DNA of 64,000 bases, taken from Eledone cirrhosa (Eukaryota). This document shows, piece by piece, positions 40,598 to 56,132 of this stretch (positions are counted from its first letter, which is position 1; every line of letters begins with the position of its first letter). A program made the translations under genes and the position numbers. The notes below the pieces were generated by a model, which worked only from the letters and a program-made list of their open reading frames with translations, had not been told where the DNA came from and made no database searches. The stretch lies in NCBI GenBank assembly GCA_964016885.1, contig OZ024757.1:13826001-13890000 (forward strand), in the 5' to 3' direction.

Positions 40598-40833
40598 CCA
40601 TACACACATACATACATAATGTATACATACATGTCATGCATGCATGCATGTATACATACCATACTTACAAACATACATGTACACATATTATGCATACATA
40701 TATATACTATACACACATACATTTACACATATTATACATATATATAAATACATGTATATATAGCATACACACATATGTACATATACTATACATACATGTC
40801 TACATACATTCATCCATTCCTTGTATATTACAG

Positions 40834-40967
40834 TTGCCAATGTCCACAAAGGTTTACAGGAAGACACTGTGAGACAGAATATATCCCCTGTCAACCAAGC
40901 CCCTGTCTAAATGGAGGTAGCTGTAGTCGTACCAGCAAGTTCCAGTTTATGTGTTTATGCCCTCAAG
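40834..40967 (+). CDS. Notch: Notch receptor exon (end of EGF5, EGF6)
   Basis: Acceptor ttgtatattaCAG and donor GTAAGC. Reads (Y)CQCPQRFTGRHCETEYIPCQPSPCLNGGSCSRTSKFQFMCLCPQ(G). The CE-x-x-Y-x-PC-x-PSPC-x-NGG motif is characteristic of the Notch EGF5/6 junction. Confidence 0.93.
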
Positions 40968-42281
40968 GTAAGCTTTACGCTCTCTATTTTTATTGAAACC
41001 TAATTTTTGCTGAATTATAATGTCCTGTGTCACATGGAACTATTTTAACATGATATTCTTTAAAGTACAATGAAGAGAGGACTCTTCAGTCCAAGTAAAA
41101 ATATTGGTGATTAACCCTTTAGCATTTAAGCCGGCCATATCTGGTCACAATTATCTCATCTGTTTCTGTTCAAATCAGCCATAACTAGCCACTCATATTG
41201 ATGTTCAGTGCCGGATTTATGACAAATGAAGCCCTGTGTTAGTTAAGTTATGAGGCCTCTTACTTGAAAAACATTTGAAAAATTCAATGGAGCGCCTGTG
41301 CTTAAGTCCTCCCAAGCACAATGGTAAATCTGGCACTGCTGACATTAAAGTATTGTTCTCAAAATAAATATCAAAATCTGATAGATTTGATATTATGTGA
41401 GGTAAAGCCAATACAATAATATATATAGAGAGTAATGTGAATGCTAAAGGGTTAATGCTGTTTTTTCTTGCTGTATTTAGTTATATCTTTTTACTTTCTG
41501 AGTTCAAATAACATGGGTGTCAATTTTGCTTTTCATCATTCAGAGTTGCTATGAGATATAGTATTAATTGCAATCTAATTGTCTATACTCTTTCCAAAAA
41601 TATAAGACCTTATACCAATGTTACAACTCAAGTGCTTTTGCTAATTAGTGTGGAAGGGAGATAACTAGATGTTTCCAACCTTATTTGTGTATACTTCAGT
41701 ATTAATTAAAATGTGTTGATGTTGATCTCATTGGAAATATTGTTGTTTGTAATGTAGTATAGTTAATACAAAGCATTGTGAGATATGTAGTAAATGACTG
41801 ATAAGTTTCAGAAAGCCGGTATGATGTGGTAGAAATATATAAAGGACAAAGGATGACAAATAAAACAAAACATAGTAATGTTTTACCCAGTATATTTCCA
41901 CATGATATTTCAGGGTTATAACCCTCTTTTCAAATGTGAATGGAAATGGTTCAAAACAAAAAAGAATGATCAATGTGCTCTTGCTTAACTTAAAGGCGGG
42001 TAATAGCCCTGAAATATGTTAAAATATACTGGAAAAATATTACTTTGTTTTATTTTATTTGTCATCATTTGCCCTTTATATATTTCTACTGCATTGTACT
42101 GGCTTTCTGAAACTTGTCAGTCTATGTTGTTCATGTTAGAGGTGGGTTTGTGGTTAGTGTGTTGGGCTTACAATTGTGAGGTTGTGAGTTTGATTCTTGG
42201 ACAAGAAAAGAAGAGACTTTATATCACATTGACCAGGTTTATGTCATAGTAGTAGTACCCTGGAACTTCATCATAAGTTAT

Positions 42282-42329
<48 letters not shown>

Positions 42330-43576
42330 ATGGGACAGTTGTGGGGAAATTCAGGGTGGCTAGATGAGTGTTGCTGATGTTATTGGAGGAAGTGGTGGTG
42401 GTGGTGGTGGTGGCATTGGTGGTGGTGTAATGCTGGGTGACTTGGGAAGTGTTGGTGGTGGTGGTGGTGGTGTTGTTGTTGGTGGTCTAACGTTGGTGTA
42501 TTTCAGGGTGGCTTAGGAAGTGTTGATGGTATTATTAATGGCGATGATGGTGGTAGTATGTGACATTGGTGTTGGTGTAATGCTGGGGGACTTGGGAAGT
42601 GTTGATGAAATCATTGGTGGTGGTGGTGGTGTTGTTCTTAATCAGGGTGGCTGTGTGTAATGTCAAAATCTGGAACAAGTTTTTGAAAATTACATCAACA
42701 TTGACGTCCACATATCTACCCTGTCATTGCCCACATCCACCCTGTCACCCTCTGTCTGTGTCCTCCCTCACCTACACCCATAACAATGCCAATGGAGATG
42801 TGCTGCTGCTGGAGTCCTCACCCACTCGCTTCATCTGTCCAGGTCACTGGGGGTGGGGTGTTGTGGTAGTAGAACAAGTGCATGTTGTGGGGCAGGAGAA
42901 ATTACAGCCATTCCACCACCACCACCAACAACATCAACACTGCTTTCTCTCTTACCACAACTACTACTAGCACCACTACCACCACCACTACTACCACCAC
43001 TACTACCACCACTACCACTACCACCACCACTACCACCACCACTACTACCACTACCACCACCACTACTACCACTACCACCACCACTACTACCACTACCACC
43101 ACCACTACCACCACCACTACCACCACCACCATTACCACTACCACCACTATCACCACCACCATCACCACTACCACCACTACTACCACCACAACCACCAATA
43201 CTACCACCACTACCACCACCACTACTACCACCACTACCACTACAACTACCACCACAACTACCACCACCACTACCACCATCACCACTACCACCACCACTAC
43301 CACTACTATCACCACTGATTTGTTTCATAACATAACAACCCATCTAACCCATGCAAGCGTGGGGTACCATACCCTAGTTACAGCTCTGTACAGACCTTAT
43401 TCATTTCATAACATGGGTAAAGGGTAAAGACCCCCCCCCCCTTCGGTCACCAATGAGAAAGTTCCCCTCCGAGGCACAAGCCTGGGCAAGGTTGTTTGTG
43501 GAAGACCAGCTGTTGCCCATGCATACCAGCCTCTCCTCGCCACATCCCCGATGATGTCCAAGAGAAAGGCACTAAC

Positions 43577-45407
43577 TACTATACTGTACATTAAATACTG
43601 TAGTCCTTGATACACTACACTGTACATTAAATAATGTAGTCCTAGATACACTATACTGTACAATAAATACTGTAGTCCTAGATACACTATACTGTACATT
43701 AAATAATGTAGTCCTAGATACACTATACTGTACATTAAATAATGTAGTCCTAGATACACTATACTGTACATTAAATAATGTAGTCCTAGATACACTATAC
43801 TGTACAATAAATAATGCAGTCCTAGATACACTATACTGTACATTAAATACTGTAGTCCTAGATACACTATACTGTACATTAAATACTGTAGTCCTAGATA
43901 CACTATACTGTACATTAAATACTGTAGTCCTAGATACACTATACTGTACATTAAATAATGCAGTCCTAGATACACTATACTGTACATTAAATACTGTAGT
44001 CCTAGATACACTATACTGTACATTAAATAATGTAGTCCTTGATACACTATACTGTACATTAAATAATGTAGTCCTAGATACACTATACTGTACATTAAAT
44101 AATGCAGTCCTAGATACACTATACTGTACATTAAATAATGTAGTCCTAGATACACTATACTGAACATTAAATAATGTAGTCCTAGATACACTGTACTGTA
44201 CATTAAATAATGTAGTCCTAGATACACTATACTGTACATTAAATAATGTAGTCCTAGATACACTATACTGTACATTAAATACTGTAGTCCTAGATACAAT
44301 ATACTGTACATTAAATAATGTAGTCTTAGATACACTATACTGTACATTAAATACTGTAGTCCTAGATACAATATACTGTACATTAAATAATGCAGTCCTA
44401 GATACACTATACTGTACATTAAATAATGTAGTCCTCGATACACTCCACTATACTGTACATTAAATACTGTAGTCCTAGATACATTATACTGTACATTAAA
44501 TAATGTAGTCCTAGATACACTTTACTGTACATTAAATAATGTAGTCCTAGATACACTATACTGTACATTAAATAATGTAGTCCTAGATACACTTTACTGT
44601 ACATTAAATAATGTAGTCCTAGATACACTTTACTGTACATTAAATAATGTAGTCCTAGATACACTATACTGTACATTAAATAATGTAGTCCTAGATACAC
44701 TATACTGTACATTAAATAATGTAGTCCTAGATACACTATACTGTACATTAAATAATGTAGTCCTAGATACACTATACTGTACATTAAATAATGTAGTCCT
44801 AGATACACTATACTGTACATTAAATAATGTAGTCCTAGATACACTATACTGTACATTAAATAATGTAGTCCTAGATACACTATACTGTACATTAAATAAT
44901 GTAGTCCTAGATACACTATACTGTACATTAAATACTGTAGTCCTAGATACACTATACTGTACATTAAATACTGTAGTCCTAGATACACTATACTGTACAT
45001 TAAATAATGTAGTCCTAGATACACTATACTGTACATTAAATAATGTAGTCCTAGATACACTATACCGTACATTAAATAATTGTTTCTACTTTAGGTACAA
45101 GGCCAGCAATTACCCAGTGCATTACTGGTACTTTATTTTATCGACCCCGTAAGGATGAAAGGCAAAGTCAACCTCGGCGGGATTTGAACTCAGATCGTAA
45201 AGGGACGTAACTATGCTGGAAAGCATGGCGTCCGACCCTCTACCGATACTGCCAATCCACCGCCCTTGTGTACATTAAATAATGTAGTCCTAGATACACT
45301 ATACTGTACATTAAATGATGTAGTCCTAGATACACTACTGTACATTAAATAATGTAGTCCTAGATACACTGTACTGTACATTAAATAATGTAGTCCTAGA
45401 TACACTA
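43577..45407. repeat. 36-bp minisatellite (about 45 copies), interrupted by a SINE at about 45080-45266
   Basis: Unit cactatactgtacattaaataatgtagtcctagata. It produces the spurious 12-aa-periodic ORFs 43406-44443 and 44419-45072. Confidence 0.97.
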
Positions 45408-48400
45408 TATATACATGTACAATTTATATACGCACTATATGTACACTATATCCAATATATATATATATATATACACACACTATATACGATGATGTCCAAG
45501 AGAAAGGCCATGGTCAATACAGCTTGGCACCAGTGACATCACAACTCATATATACATTATATAGACACACATGTAAAGTATATATACACTATATATGCTT
45601 CATATATACTATATAAGATGAAAGGCAATGGCTGATACAGCTTGGCACCAACAACGTCGCAACTCATTTCTACGGCTGAGTAAACTGGAGCAACATGAAA
45701 TAAAGTGTCTTGCTCAAGGACACGACGCATCACCCGGTCCGAGAATCGAACTCGCAACCTTCCGAAGCCATGCACCTTCATAACATGAGAACCCATCTAA
45801 CCCATGTAAGCGTGGGAAAATGGCCATCCATTCCCTCCAAAATATTCTAATCTCTCTGTTCAATCCTTACATGATATAGATCTCTGTTAGATTCCTGTGG
45901 GACAGTCACCATTGCTTTAGTCCCAGAACAACATGGCCATTGTTATGTTGAATAAATTCTAACATTTTACATTTGGTTTTAGTTTCAACCCAGCTTATAT
46001 CTTACAGTATCATCTAGCTGTAAACTTCCTTGTTTGTGTGTGTATGTGTAGTGTGTATTTCTGTGAATGTGTTTGTGAATATAGTGTATATATGTCTGTG
46101 CGTGTGTGTATATTAATTTATATATCTATATGTATTTATATATATATATGTATGTATATGTAGTGTGAATGTGTTTTTATATGTATATATTGTGTGTGTG
46201 TAGTGTGTAGTTTGTATTTCTGTGAATGTGTTTGTGAATATAGTGTATATATGTCTGTGCGTGTGTGTATATTAATTTATATATCTATATGTATTTATAT
46301 AAATATATATATATGTATGTATATGTAGTGTGAATGTGTTTTTATATGTATATATGTGTGTGTGCGTGGGTGGGTGTGTGTGAGTAAAGAAAAGAGAATT
46401 GGATGGATTAAAAAAAACTGAAGTCAGCAATCGTTGATAGTGTGGTAGGGATGTTAGTGGTGGTGGTGGTGGATGTGTTGGTTGTGTTGGTGATGGTGGT
46501 GGTGTTAGTGTTGAAGGTGGTGTTGATGGTGGTGTTGGTTGTGTTGGTGGTGGTGTTAGTGTTGAAGGTGGTGGTGGTGGTGGTGTTGGTGGTGTTGGTG
46601 TTGATGTTGTTAGTGGTGGTGGTGTTAGTGTTGAAGGTGGTGTTGGTGTTGTTGGTGGTGGTGTTCGTGGTGTTGATGTTGTTAGTGGTGGTGTTAGTGT
46701 TGAAGGTGGTGTTGATGGTGGTGGTGGTGTTAGTGTTGAAGGTGGTGATGGTGGTTGTGTTGGTGGTGGTGGTGTTAGTGTTGAAGGTGGTGTTGATGTT
46801 GATGTTGTTGGTGGTGGTGTTAGTGTTGAAGGTGGTGTTGGTAGTGGTGGTGTTGGTGTTGGTGTTGAAGGTGGTGTTGGTGGTGTTGGTGTTGATGGTG
46901 ATGGTGGTGGTGTTGATGGTGGTGTTGGTGGTGATGGCTTTGTTCGTGGTAGTGTTAATGGTGGTGTATGTGTGTAGGAGGTGTGAGGCAGTGATGGTGT
47001 AGGAGGTGTTTGTGGGTGTGTCTGAGGTGGTGGTGGTGGTGGTGTAGGAGGTGTGTGAGGTAGTGATGGTGTTGGAGGTGTTTGTGGGTGTGTCTGAGGT
47101 GGTGGTGGTGTAGGAGGTGTGTGTGTGTGGTGGTGCGTGTTGATACATATTCAATTCCACACCCATTAGACCATGTCCTGTCAATGGTCAACCTTTACTC
47201 CGAGCCAGCCATGCATCGTTGGTCTCACTTCAATATAGATGCAGTGGGAAATGGCTTCCCTAATACTTCACATCATCCTCTGCTTCATCTTCTTCCTCCT
47301 CCTCACCACCATCATAAACATCATTTCTTTCTCTCTCTCCTCCTACACTTCTTCCTTCTACTCTCACCATCACTCATATCCCTCACCCCTCACCACCACA
47401 GTTATGTCAGTTTCACCTGAATTCTGTTACTTTTACCATTTCCTGTTGTTGTTGTTGTTGCTGCTGCTGCTGCTGTTGTTGTTGTTGTTTAACCCCAGGC
47501 CAGCTCTGATGAAACAGTCCTATGATCAAAGGCAATCCAGTCCTGATCATCTCACCCAGTCCTATTTTAAGTTGGTGTATATGTCTTTATCATCATCATT
47601 ATTATCATTAGGGTGGATTGGCAGTATCGGTGGAGGGTCGGACGCCATGCTTTCCAGCATAGTTACGTCCCTTTACGATCTGAGTTCAAATCCCGCCGAG
47701 GTTGACTTTGCCTTTCATCCTTACAGGGTCGATAAAATAAAGTACCAGTAATGCACTGGGTAATTGCTGGCCTTGTGCCTAAAGTAGAAACAATTATTAT
47801 CATTAGGAAGTGTGTTTAGGCACAAGGCCAGCAATTACCCAGTGCATTACTGGTACTTTATTTTGTTGACCCCGTAAAGATGAAAGGCAAAGTTAACCTC
47901 GGCGTTCAAATCCCGCCGAGGTTAACTTTGCCTTTCATCCTTACGGGGTCGATAAAATAAAGTACAAGTAATGCACTGGGTAATTGCTGGCCTTGTGCCA
48001 AAAGTAGAAACAATCATCATCATCATCATCATATTATCATCATCATCATCATTTTGCGGTCATTAAGTTTGAATTGATCTTCAGACTGAGTCGAGACCCA
48101 ATCAGTCCACCCTTCTCCAGGTTCGAACAGAACTGATTTTGTGCAGAGAAAGAGACACAAAGTACCAGTATATAACTGGTACTTTATTTATCAGCCTTGA
48201 AAGAATAAAAAGCATCACAGTGCTGAGAGCCAGAATGAATAACCCAATGTATTCTATCCAATGTTCTAACAATTCGGTCAGTTCACTGCTTTACATACAT
48301 ACATGATGATGATGATGATGGCTGCCACTCAATTTCAAGTAATGCCATCGCTTGATACTTAAGTATGAGCATCACAGACATGGCTTTTTAGTCCTGCTAG

Positions 48401-50070
48401 GGACTTGCCTATGGCCAGCCATGCCATGCATCACAAAAAATGCCACAATGCAAGCGATGCCTGTGCTTGAATCTTTTTTAAGCTTTGCTCGGGGTCAATC
48501 CCATTCTTTGAACATCAGATACATTTACCCTAAAAGTGGAACTGGTCTACATCATCAGATGCAAATGAAGTCACAGGCTGTATATCAGAGTGACCTTCTC
48601 CTAGAGAGATATGTTAATGAAGACTAGAGCACCCATTCCACTCTGTAAATGTGTTTGGCATTAGGAAGGGCATCCAGCCAGAGAAACCCAGCCAAAATCA
48701 GTTCTGTATGAGTAAGACATGGTCATCTGATCTGGCTTGTCTCACAATGGGACAACTCGTCTAACCCATGCTAGCATGGAAAAATGGATGTCAAACTGAT
48801 GATGCATACATACATACATACATACATACATACATACATACATACATACATACATACATACATACATACATACATACATACATACATACTTACATATATA
48901 TAAATGCATACATATACACACACACACACACACACACATATACTACTCTCCCCACCCCCTATGTTGCTTTAAGCACCTGTGAAATGAAAACACCATTTCT
49001 ACATTGAATATAGGCCCTTCCTCCCCCACTTCCACTGATGACCCCTCCCCCCCGCACGCACACACATTCTTTCCTGACCCCTGTCTCTGTCTCCATAACA
49101 ATGGTTCTGCAATTCTGCCAGAACATGGCATGGAAGAGAGAGAGAGAGAGCAGGTGGGTGAGGAAGCACAAGGGAAAGGAGATGAAGAGAAAGAAGTAGT
49201 GGGGGGGGGGTGAAGAGAGAGAGAGAGAGAGAGGGTATGTAGGAAAGAAACACTGTTAGAGTTGATGGTGGCGGTGGTGGTTTGTTGTTGTAGTTATTAT
49301 AGTGTAGAGGTGGTTATGGTGGTGTTGATGGTGTTGATTCTGGTGGCAGTGTTGGTGGTGGTGGTGTTGGTAGTGTTGATTTTTGTGTTGTTGATGGTGG
49401 TGGTGGTGGTGTTGGTGGTGTTGATTTTGGTGGTGATGCTGTTGATTTTGGTGGTGGTGATGCTGTTGATTTTGGTGGTGGTGATGCTGTTGATTTTGGT
49501 GGTGGTGTTGGTGTTGGTGATGCTGTTGATTTTGGTGGTGGTGTTGGTGTTGGTGATGCTGTTGATTTTGGTGGTGGTGTTGGTGTTGGTGATGCTGTTG
49601 ATTTTGGTGGTGGTGTTGGTGTTGGTGATGCTGTTGATTTTGGTGGTGGTGTTGGTGATGCTGTTGATTTTGGTGGTGGTGGTGGTGTTGGTGATGCTGT
49701 TGATTTTGGTGGTGGTGTTGGTGATGCTGTTGATTTTGGTGGTGGTGTTGGTGATGCTGTTGATTTTGGTGGTGGTGTTGGTGTTGGTGATGCTGTTGAT
49801 TTTGGTGTTGGTGTTGGTGATGCTGTTGATTTTGGTGGTGGTGTTGGTGTTGGTGATGCTGTTGATTTTGGTGGTGGTGTTGGTGATGCTGTTGATTTTG
49901 GTGGTGGTGTTGGTGATGCTGTTGATTTTGGTGGTGGTGGTGGTGTTGGTGATGCTGTTGATTTTGGTGGTGGTGTTGGTGTTGGTGATTGTTGTTGGTA
50001 AAGGTTTTCGTGGTAGTTACAGTAGTGGTTGTAGTAGTAGTGGTGGCAGTGGTTATAGTTTTGGTGGTAG

Positions 50071-50105
<35 letters not shown>

Positions 50106-51175
50106 GTTAATAAGGCTGGTGGCGAATGGATGTGTTGAGGTTTATCATAGTGGTGGTGTTGGTGGTAGCGGTGATGTTGGTTGTAGTGTGGGTCTTGGTG
50201 TTGGTGGTGATGTTAGTGGTGGTGGTAGTGGTAGTGGGGTGTTGGTTTTGGTGGTAGTGGTGATGTTAGTGGTGGTGATGTTGTTGGTGTTGATGTTAGT
50301 GGTAGTGGGGTGTTGGTGGTAGTGGTGATGTTAGTGGTGGTGGTGTTGGAGGTGTTGATGTTGGTAGTGGTGGTGGTGGTAGTGGTAGTGGGGTGTTGGT
50401 GTTGGTGGTAGTGGTGATGTTAGTGGTGGTGATGCTGGAGGTGTTGGTGTTGGTGATGTTGGTGGTAGTGGTGATGTTAGTGGTGGTGATGTTGGTGGTG
50501 TTGGTGTTGGTGATGTTGGTGGTGGTGTTGGTGTTGGTAGTGGGGTGTTGGTGTTGGTGGTAGTGGTGATGTTAGTGGTGGTGGTGTTGGTGTTGGTGAT
50601 GTTGGTGGTGGTGTTGGTGTTGGTAGTGGGGTGTTGGTGTTGGTGGTAGTGGTGATGTTAGTGGTGATGGTGGTGGTGGTGGTGGTGGTGTTGGTGGTGG
50701 TGATGTTGGTGGTAGGGGTTGTGTTGGTGATGTTGGTGGAGATGGTGGTGGTGGTGATGTTGGTGGTAGGGGTTGTGTTGGTGATGTTGGTGGAGATGGT
50801 GGTGTTGGTGGTGGTGATGTTGGTGGTAGGGGTTGTGTTGGTGATGTTGGTGGTGTTGGTGGTGGTGATGTTGGTGGTAGGGGTTGTGTTGGTGATGTTG
50901 GTGGTGTTGGTGGTGGTGATGTTGGTGGTAGGGGTTGTGTTGGTGATAGTTGTATTTGATGTTTATCATTGTAGTAGTGGTGGTGGTGGTGAAGCAGGAG
51001 GGAGAAAGTGTGCCCACAGGTTCTTAGGCCTTATGACGCTGCGGTTGGTTTTCTCTCCCTACCTCCCCCCCTCTCTATCTCTCTCCCTCTCTCTCTCTCT
51101 CTTCCCCACATCCTCCCACCACTTGCAAAACCTCTTGTCACAAGTGTTAAACTAAGCTGTCTGCCCCTCTACCAC

Positions 51176-51660
51176 ACACACACATGTAATGTGACAGCAC
51201 ACGCACACACACACACATGTAATGTGACAGCACACACACACACATATAATGTGACAGCAAATGCACACACACACATGTAATGTGACAGCACACGCACACA
51301 CACACTCACGCACACGCGCGCGCACACACACACACACATGTAATGTGACAGCACACACACACACACATGTAAGGTGACAGCACACCCACACACATGTAAT
51401 GTGACAGCACACACACACACACACACACACATGTAAGGTGACAGCACACACACACACATGTAAGGTGACAGCACACACGCACACATGTAATGTGACAGCA
51501 CACACACACACACACACACATGTAAGGTGACAGCACACACACACATGTAAGGTGACAGCACACACGCACACATGTAATGTGACAGCACACACACACATGT
51601 AATGTGACAGCACACGCGCACACACATGTAATGTGACAGCACATGCACACACACACATGT
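51176..51660. repeat. Minisatellite of catgtaa(t/g)gtgacag units separated by variable (CA)n, about 15 copies
   Basis: Direct inspection of the repeated units. Confidence 0.85.
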
Positions 51661-52463
51661 AGCAGTACACACACATACTATATACACACACAATGTAATA
51701 TAACACATACATGTAACAGCACTCACACACACACACACATGGATATATACATATACAGACACACACACACACGAATATATACACACACACACACACACAC
51801 ACGGATATATATACACATAGACACACATACACACACGCACACCCACACACACACGGATTTATACACACACACACACAGATATATACATTGCAGCAATAGA
51901 TAATATAGTTGCACATATAGCTGCATACCGACACAGTTGCATGTGCAGTTACATAACATTTATATAGCAGTAGCATACAATAGAATATAGTATACTTACA
52001 TATATATATATGTGTGTATATATATATAAAAGAAACATATATATATATATATGAGTGTGTGTGTGTGTATATATATGTATATATGAGTGTGTGTGTGTAT
52101 ATATATGTATATATGAGTGTGTGTGTGTGTATATATATGTATATATGTGTGTGTGTGTGTATATATATATATATGTGTGTGTGTGTATATATATATATAT
52201 GTGTGTGTGTGTGTATATATATATATGTGTGTGTGTGTGTGTATATATATGTGTGTGTGTGTATATATATGTATATATGAGTGTGTGTATATATGTGTGT
52301 GTGTGTATATATATGTATATATATTGTGTGTATATATATTGTGTGTATATATTGAGTGTGTGTATATATTGTGTGTGTATATATATATATGGGTGTGTAT
52401 GTATGTGTGTGTGTGTGTGTGTGTATATATGTGTATGTATATATATATATATATACACATATA

Positions 52464-52503
<40 letters not shown>

Positions 52504-52652
52504 TATATATATATATATGTATATATATATGTATATATATATATATATGTATGTATATATGTATATATATATACACACATATATATATATATATACACAT
52601 ATATATATACACACACACATATATATATATATATATACACATACACACACAT

Positions 52653-52734
<82 letters not shown>

Positions 52735-53039
52735 ACACAAAGTAAATCTGTCAAACTAGCTGCTGCTGATGTGTTTCAAAGTTGTCATCAAGTGGTCTCA
52801 GGACAAAACACTACTACCACTACCACCTCTTACTACTACTACCACCTCTATTACTACTACCACTGCTACTACTACTGCTATTACTACTACTACTGTTACT
52901 ACTACTACTACATTACAGGCTTGCTCCCCACCACTACCACCACCATGCCCCCCCCCCCCCCCCCCCCCGACCACTGTCGCCACCACTATTCTCCACTGCT
53001 ACCACATCTAAATCTCATTTCACACTTTCACCACCACCA

Positions 53040-53600
53040 CCACCACCACCATAGTTTTATCACTACTACACCACCACCACCACCACCACCATCACCATAG
53101 TTTTATCACTACTACACCACCACCACCATCACAGTTTTATCACTACTACACCACCACCACCACCACCATCACCATAGTTTTATCACTACTACACCACCAC
53201 CACCACCACCATCACCATAGTTTTATCACTACTACACCACCACCACCATCACAGTTTTATCACTACTACACCACCACCACCACCACCATCACCATAGTTT
53301 TATCACTACTACACCACCACCACCACCACCATCACCATAGTTTTATCACTACTACACCACCACCACCATCACAGTTTTATCACTACTACACCACCACCAC
53401 CATCACAGTTTTATCACTACTACACCACCACCACCATCACAGTTTTATCACTACTACACCACCACCACCATCACAGTTTTATCACTACTACACCACCACC
53501 ACCATCACAGTTTTATCACTACTACACCACCACCACCATCACAGTTTTATCACTACTACACCACCACCACCATCACAGTTTTATCACTACTCTCACCAGT
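53040..53600. repeat. Minisatellite agttttatcactacta(cac)n
   Basis: Direct inspection; about 15 units with variable CAC tracts. Confidence 0.85.
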
Positions 53601-53972
53601 ACTCTCACCACCACCACCACGGACATCTTGTCCTTTTTCAACTGTTGCTACTGCTGGGCCTTGCTTGTACCTACCACCACCACCACCACTACCACCACTA
53701 CTACTACTACTACTGTGCTGCTGGAGAGACTCTGTATGTGTGCATGTGTGTTGTTGTACCTTACCTATTGTTTATATCTACCTGTGTATGTGTGTGTGTG
53801 TGTGTGTGTGTATGATTGGTCCCCCCCCCCTCGAAACTTATTGTCACTGATCAGTTACCTCTCAGCTACCTGTACCAGTGACACACTATCACTTACTGCT
53901 GCTTCTGTCTGCCCCTAACAAACACATAAGGCCTTCCAGATATGACCACCCTCAGCCAGTAGGCAGGCACTT

Positions 53973-54024
<52 letters not shown>

Positions 54025-54196
54025 ACACACACATATATACATACTTAACATATATATATTTATATATACATATTTTTTTCCATACACGCGTTCTATTTTT
54101 TTTTTTTATACAATTATTTATGTCCATAAACACACACAATATATTTCATTCAGGACTGAATTGATATATACACATATTCATATATATATACACACA

Positions 54197-54250
<54 letters not shown>

Positions 54251-54351
54251 CATTCCTGTGTGTAAATATAGTATATATATACATATTTATATATATCTAT
54301 ATATATCTATCTATCTATATCTATCTATATATATATCTATATATATCTATA

Positions 54352-54399
<48 letters not shown>

Positions 54400-54608
54400 A
54401 CATGACTCTAAGGCGTGGATACCTTTGAAATGGAAATCTGTTACTAAAAAGAAAAAGGAAAAAGAATATTAAAAAAAAAAACAAGCTTGGTTGAAATTTT
54501 ATCTTCCTTCAAATATTTTGAATTGTTTTAAAGTGAAATTCCCATCTTAACAAGATACACAGACACATATGCTCACAAAACGCATACACAGGCACATATG
54601 GTCCCCAA

Positions 54609-54641
<33 letters not shown>

Positions 54642-55778
54642 CACATAATTGTTTCTACTTTTGCCACAAGGCCAGCAATTACCGGCGGGATTTGAACTCA
54701 GAAAGTAAAGGGCCGTAACTCTATGCTGTAAATACATATAAATATATATGCTGTAAATATATATATAATACATGAATGTGAGCATGTTTTATATATACAC
54801 TATTACATGATAAAGTACTCAATACAAGAATTACATGATGTGATTTAATCAAAGCTGAAACTTTCACAACTCAGATTGGCTCATTGGATCTACTCACTCA
54901 CCAATATACTATATGTGATTTCCTTCGAATGAAACAGTTCTAGTCCTGTAGAAGCCATTTCTATATTAAATATTTATACTTTGCTATGTATTGAGTACCT
55001 TACTTACTGTGGTTACCCCTGATTGAACCTGGGATACACACACACACACACACACACATATTTATATATACACATACATTATACATACATAATACATATT
55101 TATATACATACATAATACATATATATACACATACACACACACACATATATACCTATATAAATATACACACACACACATTTATATATATATATATATATAT
55201 TTCATGACACAAGAATCACAAATTATTTATTCATCAAATAGTTGAGGCCTTCTCAAAGAAAAAAATACAAAACAACAAACAACAAAAATCAAACAAAACC
55301 TACAACAGTCAACATCTATACCTTCCCCCCCATTTATACACCACCACCACCACCACCACATAAGAGAAAGGCTATGCTGGAATGTTCTAATTTAAAATGA
55401 AGGGATTAAGGACTTTTAACCTCCTGCCTTGGATTATTCTGATTTGTAAGTTTGATATCTTTATTATTGTTGATATTGTTGTTGTTGTTTGGGTTTTAGT
55501 TGTTGTTGATGGTGGTGTTGGTGGTGTTGTTTTTATTGATGATGATGGTGGTGTTGGTGGTGTTGTTTTTGTTGATGATGTGTTGATGGTGGTGTTGTTT
55601 TTGTTGATGGTGGTGTTGGTGATGTTGGGTGATAGTGTTGGTGATGGTGGTCTTGTTGGTGATATTGTTATTGGTGTTGTTTGTGATGATGCTAATGACA
55701 GTGTTGAAGTTGTTTAGCCCTGGGTCAAGCCTTCTCGAAACAGAATAATGATGAAAGATACTCCAGCTGAGACAATGC

Positions 55779-56132
55779 TCTCCTTTTTAGGGGCTGGCAG
55801 TATATAGAAAGTGTCTACATTATGTCCCTTTTTAGGAGTTGGCAGTATATAGAAAGTGGCTACATTATTTCCATTTTTAGGGGCCGGTAGTATATACAAA
55901 GTGGCTACATTACGTCCCTTTTTAGGGGCTGACAGTATACAGAAAGTGGGTACATTGTCCCTTTTTAGGGGCTGACAGTATACAGAAAGTGGTTACATTA
56001 TGTCCATTTTTAGGGGCTGGTAGTATATAGAAAGTGGCTACATTATGTCCCTTTTTAGGAGCTGGCAGTATATAGAGTGGCTACATTATTTCCCTTTTTA
56101 GGGGCTGGTATACAGAAGGGATTACATTATGT
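55779..56132. repeat. 45-bp minisatellite, about 8 copies
   Basis: Unit cctttttaggggctggcagtatatagaaagtggctacattatgtc. Confidence 0.9.

Noticed and set aside
43406-45072. 345-aa and 217-aa ORFs with a 12-aa repeat
   Set aside because: Translations of a stop-free strand of a 36-bp minisatellite; no splice or domain evidence.
36714-45820. Su(H)/CSL sites (GTGGGAA at about 36714 and 45812; others at 25164, 33409, 47245, 59447) suggesting Notch autoregulation
   Set aside because: Scattered singletons, some inside repeats, with no paired-site arrangement; compatible with chance in 64 kb.
47505-47530. CTGATGA followed by AAC (also CTGATGA at about 20786, 48797 and 49036)
   Set aside because: No stem II/GAAA/stem III/stem I arrangement; not hammerheads.
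51152-53100. Long ORFs (up to 528 aa) rich in YI/CV/HT
   Set aside because: Dinucleotide microsatellite translations, as are most ORFs in the track (poly-T/P/H/V ORFs at 8-10, 42-50 and 60-61 kb).
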